The notes under the pieces: model-generated
Database searches by the model: none
Told to the model about the DNA's origin: nothing
The model's input: the letters and a program-made list of their open reading frames with translations, nothing else
In this document: positions 32,549 through 46,104 of the stretch, piece by piece
How the letters are laid out: the number at the start of each line of letters is the position of its first letter
Numbering within the stretch: position 1 is the first letter of the stretch
Assembly (NCBI RefSeq): GCF_021028975.2
Contig: NC_059436.1
Span: 11,346,001 to 11,410,000 of the forward strand
Length of the DNA stretch: 64,000 nt
Origin: Sphaerodactylus townsendi
Lineage: Eukaryota
Direction of reading: 5' to 3'
Position numbers and translations under genes: made by a program

Positions 32549-35500
32549 ATGATCCGAGGGCGGTTGTCGTTGGGCCGTCTGTGGCCGTTGGCGGCGGCTG
32601 TCCGGCCCTTCGCCAGCCCCGTGGAGCCTCGGCGGCAATTCCGCGCTGGCAGGTCCCGGCAACGCGACTTCTACCAAGGTATTGCATAAGCCACGTGCCT
32701 GCTGGGTAATAAAAACTTCCTAGATTCATGCGGTGCTTGCATTTGAGTCTATCGTTTAAAAAAAGGAGAAGTGTCATTTTGTTTTATTTAACTGCCCTTT
32801 CTACAGCGGGATCCAGGGCGGCATGTACGGTTCTCCTCTTCTGAGTGTTTTTCTCCTACAACCCTGTGAGGTAGGCTAGCTTGACTTGCTTATTTAGCAA
32901 GGCAGTGCAATATCGTCAGATGTCACAGAGCTCTTTGTTGCAACTAAGTATTTAAAAAGCATGTTTCTTTAAAAACAAATGCTAGGATAGTCTACTCTCT
33001 ATTGCATGTATTCTTTCAGGGAGCTTCTACCCTTTCCTATACAAGTAGAACTGAATTAAAAATATGATCTCACACATACACACGCTAAAGTGATGCAGGC
33101 CAAATTCACAACCTTTGGACTCCATTTCATTTCATTTTGCAGCCCAGAAAGCCTCAGAAGAGACATCCTGTAGTTGACCTTCTTTGGGGAGGTGGGGAAT
33201 GTTCTTGATTTTAAAATCTGTTGGGTGATTGGTTGGAAGATGCTTTACCCATGTTTTAATTAAACAGAAGACTGAATCTTGCAGCTTATTTTTCAAAGCC
33301 CTTCTTGGATCATCAGACTTAGACATTCTTAACTTGAAGATACTGGGCATGAGCCAGAAGCTGCACAATTAGTGGGCACAAAGTACAAGAGAGTCCTGCA
33401 ATCTGATAAAAGTCACTGAGGCCTGTGAATGTTTTGCTATTTCACTGGGTCCATTTCAGTCAGAGCTGTGCCCTGCTACTTTACAATTCTGCGCTGATGT
33501 CAATCTGTAATGGGAGATTCCCTCCCACATCCTATGAAAGAATCTGTAATAAACAACTTTCAAGGTTTTGCCTGTGCAAAACTGATTAGTAGCCAAGTTC
33601 CTGAGAATTTATTATATTTTTAATTACATTAATTAAAAAGGGATTTACCAGCTTTAACAGAGCCAACATGGTGTGTAGTGGTTAAAGAGTTGATCTAGAA
33701 ACTGGGCGACCTAGGTTTGAATCCCCTTGGAAGGTTGCTGGGTGACCTTCAGCCGGTCAAACACTCTCAGCCTCAATCCTGTCAAGTATTTGGATGGAAG
33801 ACCTCCAAGGAATACCAGGGGCATGACATGGCAGCAGGCAATGGCAATCCTCCTCCCAACATCTCTTGCCTTGGGGTCACCATGAGTCAGCTGTGACTTG
33901 ACAGCAACAGTAAAGGGAATAGGCAGGGGCGTATCTGCCAGGGGGACATGGGGGGTCATTTCGCCCCAGGCGCCACCCATTAGATCACATGAGGGCGCAG
34001 AATAGCTCCCCACACCCCTCTTGCGGAGAGGCGCCCCTGCTCAGGCTGGGAGCCTGCCACGGGCCCATCGGGCACCCCCAGCCCAGACCCACCGGGCTGC
34101 TTTGGATCGCCACCGCCTCCTCTGCTGGCTGAACCCTATCCGATAGAGTTCTCTAAACTATTATTAATATGCAAACCAAACCAAATGAAAATATTCTTTT
34201 TATATTTTTTTTTCATTCCATTCATATGGTGCCTTTCCCTTTGCAGGCTCAGAGTGGCTTCCACCATATAAATGCACAGTTAAAAACAATATGTCCAAAT
34301 CCCATAAAAAGCCCCCAATGGCAATAAATCAACTTAGTTAATTAAAATGGAACACTTAAAATGCCCAACATTACACACAGAAGAGGAGAAGGGGGGAGGG
34401 AGGCAATTAAGATGGAATAACCGTAGCTGCCTCAGCCATAACTGGTGGAACAGCTCTGTCTTACGGGCCCTGTGGAATGACAAAGTCCCGCAGGACCCCG
34501 GTCTCATTAGACAGAGCGTTCCACCAAGTTGGGGCCAGCCCTGGTTGAGACCAGTGAAAAGAAAAAAATAAAGGCATGAAAAGGTTAATCTTACGTTTGT
34601 TGTGGAGATAAATGGTAAAGTTCCTTAATTATTATATTATATTACTTATTATACACTGCACAAAGGTTGTCACAGTATGTATGCAGTATTATACCATCAC
34701 TTATGTGTAGATCCCAGTATCCAACCATACTAGCTCAGTTGATAGCTGACTTGAATTTTGTGCACGCACATCGCTTTTCAGGTTTTGAGAAGGAGATGGA
34801 CCTCTTCCGCCAGAGGCTGAAAGCAGCCCTTCCTGGTACTGACTGGAACCCTTGGGGCATTTCAAAAGATCTCCCTCCTGAGTGGGCAGACGTGGTCATT
34901 GTTGGAGGTGGGATAATTGGCTGGTCCATTGCGTTCTGGCTGAAGATGAGAGAGCCGCATAGAAATGCGCTTCGGGTGGTGGTTGTTGAGAGGGACCTCC
35001 AGGTGAGTTGTCGTCATCTAAGTTCAAAATGTGGTCCTTGATCAGGGGATAACTGTGAGTTAGCTTAGCATGAGGATATGTGGGTTTTGTAAGATCACCC
35101 AACAAGTTTCTAAGTGGGGATGCTTCAGTTTGTATTGCCGGTAGATAAAGTTGAAGGGGGAGGCGGGGCTTACTGGTTGTTCAGTTGGAATACTTAAGGG
35201 GTTTTGTTCTTGAGTTGCACAGTTAAATTATATCGCCCTTTCCCCCTTCGTGTTTTTCTTTTCAGTACACCAAAGCGTCTACCGTTCTGTCCGTAGGAGG
35301 GATACGGCAGCAGTTTTCGTTGCCTGAAAATATCAGGATGTCCCGGTTCTCGGCTGAGTTCTTGCGCACAGTCAACGTATGTTCATGCTGGCCAGGTTTC
35401 TGCAGGGGTGCTGTAGCTGAGGGACCTCATTCTTGCCTTCTACCTCTGTGTGACACATCCCCTAGAACAGGACATGGAGAGGCAGGGTATCACGAATAGC

Positions 35501-38500
35501 CAGGATTAGGGAGGTTCAATCCTGCATCTCTGTCCTGGGTTCTCTTCTCCCATATGCTTCACCCCGCTGAGTTCTCAAAGATTTTATTGTAAAATTGAAA
35601 ACAAAGAAAGTAAACAAATTCCTATTACAGAGATTTCTCAATTGAGCGCATTCCCATGACGTTTTTTATTTGGACCTCAAGCAAAAAGATGTGTCCTCTT
35701 GCTCAGCCCATGGTCGAATTCCTTTATCTTTGTTCCTTTACCTCTGAGGAAAACTTCCTTCCTGCCATGCGCTTCTAAACAATCCTTTGATCTATTCTAA
35801 GCCGTTTGGCTAGCCCGTGGAGCATTTGGAGAAGAGAACCCAGGACAGAACTGCAGGATTGAACCTCCCTGATCCTGGCTTTTCGTGATAAAGGGGAAGA
35901 AGACTCCCTTTTGGACAGCCAGCCAGTAGCTGCTGTCCTGATGCCTTGAGCGCCCACAGCTGAGCTTCTGAGCAAATATATTTCTATGCCTGTCTGGTTA
36001 GAAGACATTTGCCTATTCCCAGCTGTGTCCCACCCTGTTATTGCATATTAGGAACAGTTTGGCATTTTGCTCCTGTCATAAGCAATCTGTTATTGTAGCA
36101 CACACATTCAGGTACTAGCTCTGTGGCTCAGCCTCCCGGTGGCTGCTTCAACAAAGGGCTGTCCTTTTCCATTCAGTATTATGTACGAAAAATGATGGGG
36201 GAAAGCTGGCATTACCCTTTTAAAGTGGACCGCTTCCTTCCTTCTTGCTCCATCTCTAGCAGTGCCTGTGTTCTTAAATAGATGTCTGCAGCGTACAAAT
36301 TGGCTAAGTGAAGTGGGAGCCAGCCCTCATCTTGTGGTTGCTGCAGTGTAATTGATCTGTTATTCTCACCCATGGGGTGAGAATTCTCACATTATATTCT
36401 CACATTATAACATGGGGGGTAGTAACACTGGGCAATGGCAAAACCATTTCGGAACGTGTATTTTCCTGGAAAATGCTATGGATCTGCATAAGTCGGTTGC
36501 AACTTGATGGCTCTTGTCACCACCAACACTGACCTGCCTTATAGAGTTGTTGTGAGGGGCCTGTGAGAACGTTTGCGATGTGCTTAGTGCTCAGCGCTAT
36601 ATAAATGCTAAGGTAATAGCAGCCAAGTCCGATCCCTATCCCTTCTTCAAGACAGCCCACGAATGATTGACAAAGCCACTTTTTATTTCCAGGATTACCT
36701 TGGTGTTTTCAATGAGCCGCCCATCGATATCCAGTTTAATCCCTCGGGCTATCTCTTCCTGGCCACAGAGGAAGGAGCTGCTGTGTTGGAGGAAAATGTG
36801 CAAATTCAAAGGTATGGCTCTTGAGAGAGGCTGTTGTTGAAAGAGGAGGGGGAGGGGGCAGCAGCTACACAGTGGCTTTGATGGAAAAAGTCATTGGAAA
36901 CGGCCTGTGTTTTTAATGGATCTTGGGTGCAAAGCAGCTTCCCACCTGTGGTGTCCACTTTATTTCCTGGCTTCAAATTACCTTCAGGTGAACACAAATG
37001 AAGCTTCTTGATCTTGGTCAGACCGCTGATATTGATTGGCCAGAGCATTTTGGGGTCTCCGGCTGAGGTCTTTCCTGTCACCATTTATCTGACCCTTTTA
37101 ACAGTAGATGAACTGAGGACTTTCAACATCTGAGGCAGATGGTTTTCCACTGAGCCCTGATTTATATACATCAGAGATGGTTTAAGAAAAGAAAGGGCAC
37201 TTTTTAATCTGAGTCCTGGGTCTGTTCTTCAGCACCTTGGACAGTAATGCTGATTGTAGTATAACATGGGGTTAGTCTAGACCAGGGGTAGGGAACCTGC
37301 GGCTCTCCAGATGTTCAGGAACTACAATTCCCATCAGCCTCTGTCAGCATGGCCAATTGGCCATGCTGGTAGCTGATAGGAGTAGTTCCCTAGGCTATCT
37401 GGAGAAACCTCTAGTCCCCTAGGTAGTGATTCCCAACCAAAATTTCCGTGGTACCCTGGGAGTGCAGTCGAAACATGTCCCAGGCGTACTGCTGACGATG
37501 CTACCAACCCTCGCTCACTTTTAGGTGTCTTCATGGGGTGCCAGCAAGGACATGAAGCTGGCCCGGGGGCAGGACCTGCCGCAAGGTCAGCAGCCACTTC
37601 CCGCCCCACAGTGCTTCCCTTCACCCTGGGGAGGGAGAAGGTGGAAATTAGGAAGTGCAAGCAGTGGCACTGGGAGGGGGAGGTGGGGGGTGGCAGGCAG
37701 GGGCACTGGGAGGGGAAGGTGGGGGGGGATGTCAGGGGTACCGTGAGATATGAAGAGTGAGGTCAAGGGTACCGTGACTTCGAAAATGTTGGGAAACACT
37801 GGTCTAGACATTAAGGGGATACAGAGAGGCTCCTTCAGTAAATGGTGATGTAAAACTCCTTTGAGAAACAGCTCTCCCCTTTTCAATCAGGCCGGCAGCT
37901 TATTCACAGAATCCACACTTGCTGGTGAATTTAAACTGTGATTTAAATGAAGACTAGCTTCTTTTTTAGGTTTGGGTTTTTTTAAAAGAAAAAGACATAT
38001 ATGGTTGTTCATCACTGCTCTTTCACATTTCTCCTTCTTTTAGTTTTAGGTGGTTTTCAGTAGATGGGTTATCCAAAGCGGTCCATTTCTCCCACCTTTA
38101 TAGTTGGGATGGGGTGAATTACTACTCTTCCACAACTCCTTATGGTTATGTCTATTTAATTACTCATAGAAGTGATCTGAAAAGTATAATTAAAGGAGGA
38201 GAAGAAGAGTTTGGATTTATACACCACCTTTCTCACCTGTAAAGAGACTCACAGTGGTTTACAAGCTCCTTTCCCTTCCTCTCCCCACAACAGACACCTT
38301 GTGAGACAGGTGGGGCTGAGAGAGTTCTGAAGAATTGTAATTAGGCCAAGGTCGGAGTGCGGAAACACATCTGGTTCACCAGATAAGCCTCTGCCACTCA
38401 GGTGGAGGAGTGAGGAATCAAAGCCGGTTCTCCAGATTAGAATGTGTATGTAGGTGTTGTCAAGTTTCTGCCAATTTGTGGCAATCCCAGCAAGGGGCTT

Positions 38501-41500
38501 TCAAAGCAAGCAGAGATGGTTTGCCTTTGCTTTCCTCTGCGGAGCCTTCCTTGGTGGTCTTTCATCCAAGTACTAACCCTGCTTAGCATCCAGGATTTGA
38601 TGAGATTGGGCTGTAATGTTCCGCCTTCCTCCCTAAAGTATAATTTCTGTCCCTTATTTTTGATGCAGATTTTTCCCTTTTGTTCCCTCCCCCATCTAAG
38701 GCAAGCTTCCCAGCTGTTTTGCATTTCCTGGGGGCAGTTTTTTGAGCCCCCTCCCAATCAAGTGCATTCTGATGAGAGTTCTTTAACGGCTTTTCAGGAT
38801 GGAAGGAGCTGAGGTGTCCCTGCTGTCACCGACCCAACTGAAAAAGACATTTCCATGGGTGAATACAGATGGCGTAGCTTTGGCTTCCTATGGTATTGGA
38901 CTGCTGAGTTTCTGTCTGTCCTAAAGCAGGATGTAAACGGGGCTGCTGACTTGGATAGAAACCTTTTGATGGCAACACTGTGACCTTATCATGTGAAAGA
39001 GAAGGAAAGAGACCCATGCTTTTCATTTCCTGCTTACAATTTGCTTGTGGGCCTCTTGACCAGCCTTCACTCCTGACCTCTGTGAAAAAGATTTTATTCT
39101 GCTCCATATCCTGGACTGGGGTAGAATGGGAGGAGGTTTAATGTTTCCTGTATTCAGTAACTTGAACATTAAGGGAAATATTGGCAGACAGGTGGACTGG
39201 AAGGGTCTGGATCTTAGACCCACTAGTTCTGAAAAAATCCAGAATCAGCAATGTGAGTGAGCCACTGAGCTCTTGGAAACAGCCTCCTCGTTATCTTCCA
39301 AGTTTTTCTTCTCTTTTTTTAAAATCTTTTCCTTTTTTAGCTCTTATTTTTTTTTAGTAATAAGTAGCTCTGCATTACTTGAGGAAAAAGACTGTAAATA
39401 TACCGAAGAATGTGACTATGAAGGTTATAAATGCAGATCCATTTAATATAATCATCCCTAAAACGTGCTATTATTATGTTTGCCCATGCATATTCATTTT
39501 TTTTAATTTTTAGCTTTCTTTTCCTTTTCTATGGATAAAGTAAAAATAATTTTTCAAAAATTATTTCTAAGCCTTGTGAGATATACAAGATAGACACCAG
39601 CATTTAGGTTTAGAAGGACATAACTCTGTTTAGGCCAGTACCTTTATCTCCTGGTTGAGGCCCGATGGCGTAGAGCAATCACCTTAGCTAGGTGTAATGC
39701 CCTGCCTTCTTCCTTTAGCCTTGGACGCCACCTTGGAATCCCACATAAAGAAAGGAAATGCCCGTGTGGCATGGGTTCTGTGGAAACAGTATCTCATATG
39801 CTGTTGGATTGTCCCTTTTATGAGATAGGTAGGAAGAAGCACATAATCCCCTTCCTGCATGGAAGTGAAGGCATTACAGATAAACAGAAGGTTATATATC
39901 TTTTAAACAGCCACAACTACGAGCTGTTGGAAGCGGTGGCTAAATTTTTAAATGGTGTTATTTTAACTCGTCAGAAATTGTAAAGTTGTAAAGGCTGTTA
40001 TTATCTTGCTAAGCTAATCTTAAACAATCTATATGCCATTAAAGGTATTCGAAATCGAACTCTGTTTAGGATCGCACTAGTAATATGCTTTTCTTGAGGA
40101 ATGGCGAACTTGTAGGCTGGCTACCAGAATAGTCTGGAATCTTCTGTTCTCAATTGGCATATAGCTACAGTGAAGGTAGGGAAGGAAAACCGAATCGGAA
40201 GAAGGTGTCTTCAAGGGGTGTGTGAGGATATTGTAAAGGGGAGGTACCTTTACAAGAAGCTCTTCATTTATCACTAGGCCAGAATGCTTCCTACCATTCC
40301 CTTTCGCTCCTTGGGTTATGTCCTTGAAGTACAGTGGTAACTTGCAAGCTGTTTAAAGATTAACCAGTTGTGAAGCAAAGCGAACATTTCCCTCTTGTAT
40401 CCTCCTATGTGTTTTAGGCCTAGAAAACGAAGGGTGGTTTGACCCATGGACTCTCCTCAACGCCTTGCGGAACAAAGCCATGTCAATGGGTGTCTTCCAG
40501 AGTGTTGGAGAAGTGACATGTGAGTCTCCCATCTCTCCCTCCCTGCCCCTTCTCAGCTGGGATCAGCCTCATACTTCTTCGTTGCTATTAAAATGTATGA
40601 AGCAGCTAAGCCCCCTTGATTTCGGGGAAGTGGAAATCTAAGGATCAAACTGAGTGTGATGTTTGGCTTCTTTAACTGGATCCCCTGATTTGGAATTAAG
40701 CTTCAAAAAAGTTGCCACAGAAATTGTGGCTGGGTTTGTGCCGCCCCACCTCCCCCACCCCCAAGCAAACTCACACAATTGTGGCTAAAAAACAAGCTGA
40801 GAACTATTTCAGCCGAGGAAACGGCACGGGGGTATTTCGCTACAGTTGAAAACCCTCTTCCCAAAGTCTCAGCCCCGATGCACATCCTTTGTCATCCTGC
40901 CATGCTGACCATGATTCTGATCAGATAATGGGTAGGGAGATCTTCTCACAGAAGGTCTAACTGTGGCTGGCAACATTCTGTTGCCCGAATGCTTTTGAAG
41001 GAAGGCTCCAGAAGGGAGAGAGTGTCTGGCACAGCTTCCAGGCGGTCGACTCTCAAGAGCAAACTCCTCTCAGTAGTTTCCAAAACTGTTGGCCGTTTCT
41101 GTCATCCCTGTTTTCCTAAAGCAAATCAGAACAGAAATTGCTCTCTGCAGAGCTTTTCTATTGAGTCTCAGTCTAGGCTCGTGTGCATGCAGGGAAGAAC
41201 TAAATGAGGTGGAATGGGCTGTACCACAAAAGGTTGCTAATGGAGGATTCCAGTTTTTAAACTTTTCTTTGCATTAAGAACTCCAGGCAAATAGAAAGCT
41301 AGCATGTCAAGAAGAGTTGTGCTTGTTTTTTGTTGCAGGGAGCTTTGTCGGATAGGGGAATATTGCAAAATGTGTCCCTCCTACCACAGGCTGATACAGT
41401 GCAGTCCATTTTATGATTTCAGCGTTTTGCCATCACGTTATGGGCCTTACCTGGAGACTGCAAGATGGAAGCAGGGGAAGAGCTATGCAGATAGGGGCAG

Positions 41501-44500
41501 GCTTGATTCTCAGTGGTTCCTATTAAGTTTTATGGAGGGGAGGATAAACGAAATTAGCCAAAGCGCTAGCGGGAGGGGCTGAATCTTCTTTTTTTCAAAC
41601 AAGTTGCCCCAGTTTGGGGGGTAGGGGTGCTTCTGGCGCCATTGGTTCCCTGTGTCCATGGCTTTGTCTTTCTTCATTCTTTTCTCTGGTGAAAAAGTAA
41701 AATACATCATGCAGAGGGGAGAAACGGGCTGTTGTGTTGGAAAGCAAAAGTGCTGTGATGGCGCACCCAGGCGCATTAATGCTCTCCCCTAAATCCTGAC
41801 AGCTAATGACAATGACTTTTATGAATAGAGATCTAACAGAGGGAGGAATTTTCCTTCTAGATTTTGTGAGTTGAGGAGAGGGTGTGGTAATTCGTATAAT
41901 ATCGGGTGCCTGAATTTGGACTCCTTTCTGTTTTCGTGTTGCTGTGCTAACCGCAGCTGCTTCTCTGTGTGTCTCCCATCACAGCTTTCCAGTGTCGATC
42001 TAATGAAATGGTGACGGCAGATGGGGAGATTGTTGATTTCCCCCGTATCATGGTTGCTAACGTAAGTACTCTTTCAAACTCCTCTTGTGGCTGATGAATG
42101 GGTGGCAGAGCAGATGGGCCGAAGTGAAATCTACAGGTCTCCCATGGAGGAGGCCATAAAGGACCTCTCAAAGTGCATTTTGGTGATGTGGCATACTCAC
42201 CAAAGTCTATATGACACTACTGGGTGTTGCAAAGCAAGCATGACAATTTCTAACAAACCCCCCAGTATTTTATATACACGTGATGTAGTAGTTAAGAGCA
42301 GGTGCACTCTAATCTGGAGAACTGGGTTTGATTCCCTGCTCTGCCACATGAGCTGTGGAGGCTTATCTGGTGAACTAGATTAGCTTGTGCACTCCCAACA
42401 CATGCCAGCTGAGTGACCTTGGGTTAGTCACAGTTCTTCAGAGCTCTCTCAGCCCCACTCACCTCACAGGGTGTTTGTTGTGAGTGGGGAAGAGAACGGA
42501 GAGTGTAAGCCCCTTTGAGTCTCCTTTCAGGAGAAAAAGGGGGGATATAAATCCAACTCTTCTTCAACTCTTCTTCTTCTGTGTGGATCTTTCACTCTAC
42601 CTTTCCTCCCCAAATGTTTTTGTTTTCACACAACATCGTGCTCGTTCTAACCACAGTGTGTGTAACTCCATTTTTACAACAGAGCAAAAATACCCCCTTT
42701 GCTCCAGTTCAAGGGGGAAACAGAAGTGTGGTTATTGGTAAGCATCCATGTGGAGGCTTGGACTGCAATCTGAGAAGGTGGGGTTGAGCTAAGCTCTCCT
42801 CCTCCTCTTCCTCCTCATTATTATTCGAACATTTATTCCCCATTTCTGGCATTCAGATGTTGTTTTAAATCACAACCTCAGTATGAATATACAATACCCG
42901 TGAATCACCAAACATACTGCTAAATGAGGTATGTTCTATGAAAAGCTACCAAAGAAAACCATATTGACATGCTGTTCCAGAAAGTGGGGGCCACAGCTGA
43001 GAAAGCATGAGCTCCTAAAATTCTGGCCCTTGGACTAGCTGATACATGGGTAAATTGGTTGCCCTGCTGAATACCCTTGCAAATCCGATTTTCCCTTCCC
43101 TCCTGCTTGGAATACCCCCTCTAGGTTCCGAAATTGCCCACGGACATTGTGATGTGGTGAATAAACTCCCCCAATAAGGTGTGCCATAGTGGTGAATGCA
43201 GCAGGCGCCTGGTCAGGGAAGTTGGCGGAGATGGCCGGCGTTGGGACCGGGCCACCAGAATCGTTGGCAGGGATCAAACTTCCTGTGGAACCTAAGAAAA
43301 GGTATGGTTTAATACAGCCTTTGTACTGCATTGGGGTACTACATTGCGTGTCGGCGTTGAGGAGATAGCAGAGGTATCTGCAGGCTCAAGATTGTAGGGG
43401 ACTTCTGGGCTAGAGTGTAAGACTGTGATCTCAGAGGCTCAGGGTCAGATTCCCACTCTGCCATGGGAGCTTGCTGGGTCACCTTGATTGAGCCAGTCAC
43501 ATATTCTCAGCCTAACACACTTCACAGGGCTGTGGTGGGGATAAAAGGGCGGAGAACAGAACAATGTAAGCCATTTTCGGTCTCCGTTGAGGAGACAGGC
43601 AGGGCATAAAGGTGTCTGTTCTGGGGACAGGAAGGGAAAGAAGTTTGTAAGCAGCCTTGAGACTCTGCATGGTTGAGAAAAGTGATAAACCCAAATTCTA
43701 TTGGTAAGAGCCAAAATGGACACTGAAATGGAGGAATCAGGGTTCATACCAGCATTGAGGTCTGGCTCTGTGCTGCTTCTAATTATGCTCCCTTCTTGTA
43801 CTGGAGGTGAGGCCACTGCATGTATTTTTATTAGGTACTGAGACTTTGGTTTGGTGGGTTTTTTTGTCACCAGGTACGTCTATGTCTGGCACTGCCCCAA
43901 TGGGCCCGGCTTGGAGACACCCATGTTAATTGACTCCACAGGAGCTTACTTCCGCAGGGAAGGCATAGGTGGCAATTACCTTGGAAGCTTAAGCCCCACA
44001 GAGGTGAGTTTGTTGTGCCTTTGTGGGAGCTGACCACTGGGAAGCCGTGGCGGATTTTCTTCCCAGAGTCCCTCTGGGGAAGTTTCGCCTGTCTCATTTT
44101 GTGTAGGAAACCAGCCTTGTAAGAATCGGGAAGGGACAGAATGATTTCATGCCATTATTACATTTTTAATCATATCTTCCAAGGATGTCATGCTGCTTTA
44201 GGTGGACCATCCCTTGTTTTCAGAAGATGGGCGCTGGCCCAGAGTCCCCCACTGAGGTGTGTAGCTCAGCTGTGATTTGAACCTGGATCTCCACCGTTGA
44301 ACACCCTTTGCTCAAACCACTACACTGAGAGCTAGTGGTTAGGAGCAGTGGACACTAATCTGGAGAATGAGTTTGATTCCCCACTCCTATAAATAAAGCC
44401 TGCTGGATGACCTTGGGCCAGTCACAGTTCTTTCAGAACTCCCTCAGCTCCACCTACCTCACAAAGTGTCTGTTGTGGGGAGGGGAAAGGAAGGAGTTGT

Positions 44501-46104
44501 AAGCTGCTTTGAGTCTCCTTGTGGTGGAGAATAACGAGGTACAAATCCAACTCTTCTTCAACTGCCCTCAAAGCCTGCTTGAACTGCTTGCTGTTGTTTG
44601 GGGACCTAGTTGTTGAGAATTGTTCTCCCCCCCCCCCTTGAAAAAAAATGCTGTGCTTTTCTAAGCCACATTAAAACTGTTGTGGCATTCAGAAGGCAAT
44701 GCTGCTCTTTGACATGAAGGGTGAGTAACAAACGGTGTCTGTCTTTTCTTCTCAGGAGGAAGAGCCAGACACCCAGGACTTGGAGGTAGATCATGAATTC
44801 TTCCAAGAAAAAATCTGGCCCAAGCTGGCTCACAGGGTGCCTGCCTTCGAATCGCTGAAGGTAAAATAATGAATGGCTGTTTCCCTGGGACCTTCCCTGA
44901 AGCTTCCTGGTGTTGATCATCAATGGCGTAATGATTTAAAATGTCGTGTGCGTGTGTTTCTTTGAATGAGAGGTAAGTTGTGGAAGAAAGAAGAGTGAAA
45001 AGGGAACGAGAGAATGAGGTGATTGGTTGACACTTGAGGGAGGCAGTGAATGGTGTTTTTTTAAAAGAGAGTGTCAGTCAATAAGGGGGAAAATATAGAG
45101 GGAAATAGATGAAGTGAGCAGAGGACAGTATGACGTTAACAATCTGAAAAGCTAACTTATAATTAAAAGTACAAAACTGCCCAAAGAAATAGGTAGAATA
45201 CACATAGAAGACATTGGGAGACCAGAAATAGGGTTAAATGCGAAGATGGTCAACAGAGATATGGGAGAGTGACTGAGTGGATTTATGTGAAGCGAAAGTC
45301 ACCGAAGCCTGAAGTTATTGCCTCAGATTGTTTTCCTCATTGTAGAGAGAAGGTAAATTACTTTTTCTAACCGTGAAGCCAAAGAAACTAGATAAATAAA
45401 CATTCAATTTGTTCAAATTAATTTGGTATGCTACACCAGTAGCTTATGAGAGTTTCTTCCTCAGGACCACAAAGACCCTCAAAACTGCTTTAGAGCTCAG
45501 ACACAACACTTTAGGAGAAAATTTAAAAAAGGGTCTGGAACCAAATTCCTGGTGGCAGCAATGTGTACCTTGTAAAGAAAGGAAGAAATAGTAGTTTGCA
45601 CACATTGTATATATTCACAACGCAAGAAGGGAGTGGTCGTCACAAGGGGCTTGCGGATTTGGGGGGTGCTTCTCTCTTTTATGGCTGTTCTGTTTTCCAC
45701 TTCAGAGCTAACTTAGTAAGTATTAGAAAATGTGATGTTCCTAATACGATGTTCCTAATTTGGACAGCTGAACTGGCTATATATGCATGAGTTACATTTT
45801 GGGGCTTTATTTTTACTTTTTTTTTTTTTTTTGGTTGAATCTCTTGCAGGTGAAGAGTTCCTGGGCTGGTTACTATGACTACAACACCTTTGATCAGAAC
45901 CCTGTGATTGGCACGCACCCACTGGTGCAGAACCTCTACTTTGCCTCTGGCTTCAGTGGGCACGGACTGCAGCATTCCCTGGCGGTGGGCAAATGCGTCA
46001 CTGAGCTCATTCTGGATGGAGAGTACAAGACCGTTGACCTCAGGAGATTCTCTTTCGATAGGCTCATCAAAGGCGAGAAGATTCTGGAGAAGAATATAAT
46101 CTAA
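32549..46104 (+). CDS. FOXRED1: FAD-dependent oxidoreductase domain-containing 1 (complex I assembly factor), 11 exons; exon 8 5' end disrupted as assembled
   Basis: Exons 32549-32678 (Arg-rich mitochondrial presequence), 34782-35002 ([14 protein letters not shown] motif), 35266-35376, 36693-36811, 38798-38892, 40418-40519, 41985-42061, ~43125-43301, 43874-44003, 44756-44860 and 45850-46104 ([26 protein letters not shown]). Confidence 0.95.
33775..33910 (+). mobile_element. 5S rRNA-derived (5S-Sauria-like) SINE fragment
   Basis: gtcaagtatttggatggaagacc (5S C-box region), followed by a Sauria-like body and tail. Confidence 0.6.
33924..34135. mobile_element. hAT element left end (same family as 5111-6128)
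   Basis: CAGGGGCGTATCTGCCAGGGGGACATGG is similar to the start of the element at 5111. The right end was not found. Confidence 0.55.
34200..34545 (-). mobile_element. L2 3' fragment
   Basis: gcctcagccataactggtggaacagctctgtcttacgggccctg...agcgttccaccaagttggggcc is the reverse complement of the L2 copies at about 19700 and 21200. Confidence 0.7.
37283..37801. mobile_element. Composite hAT MITE(s) flanked by GTCTAGAC TSD
   Basis: gtctagac at 37275-37282 and 37802-37809. Left end CAGGGGTAGGGAACC; right end GTTGGGAAACACTG. Confidence 0.8.
38198..38612 (-). mobile_element. Squam3-like SINE adjacent to a 5S-derived SINE
   Basis: About 38198-38442 is a reverse Squam3-like SINE. About 38447-38612 is a reverse 5S-derived SINE (catccaagtactaacc..ctgcttagc). 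Confidence 0.75.
39635..40057 (+). mobile_element. 5'-truncated LINE 3' end (CCHC knuckle) with 13-bp TSD
   Basis: Encodes [36 protein letters not shown] is duplicated at 39622-39634 and 40058-40070. Confidence 0.85.
42278..42580 (+). mobile_element. Squam3-like SINE
   Basis: High similarity to the copy at 22864; ctcttcttc tail. Confidence 0.85.
44330..44560 (+). mobile_element. Squam3-like SINE
   Basis: tagtggttaggagc...tttgattcccc head and ctcttcttc tail. Confidence 0.8.
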
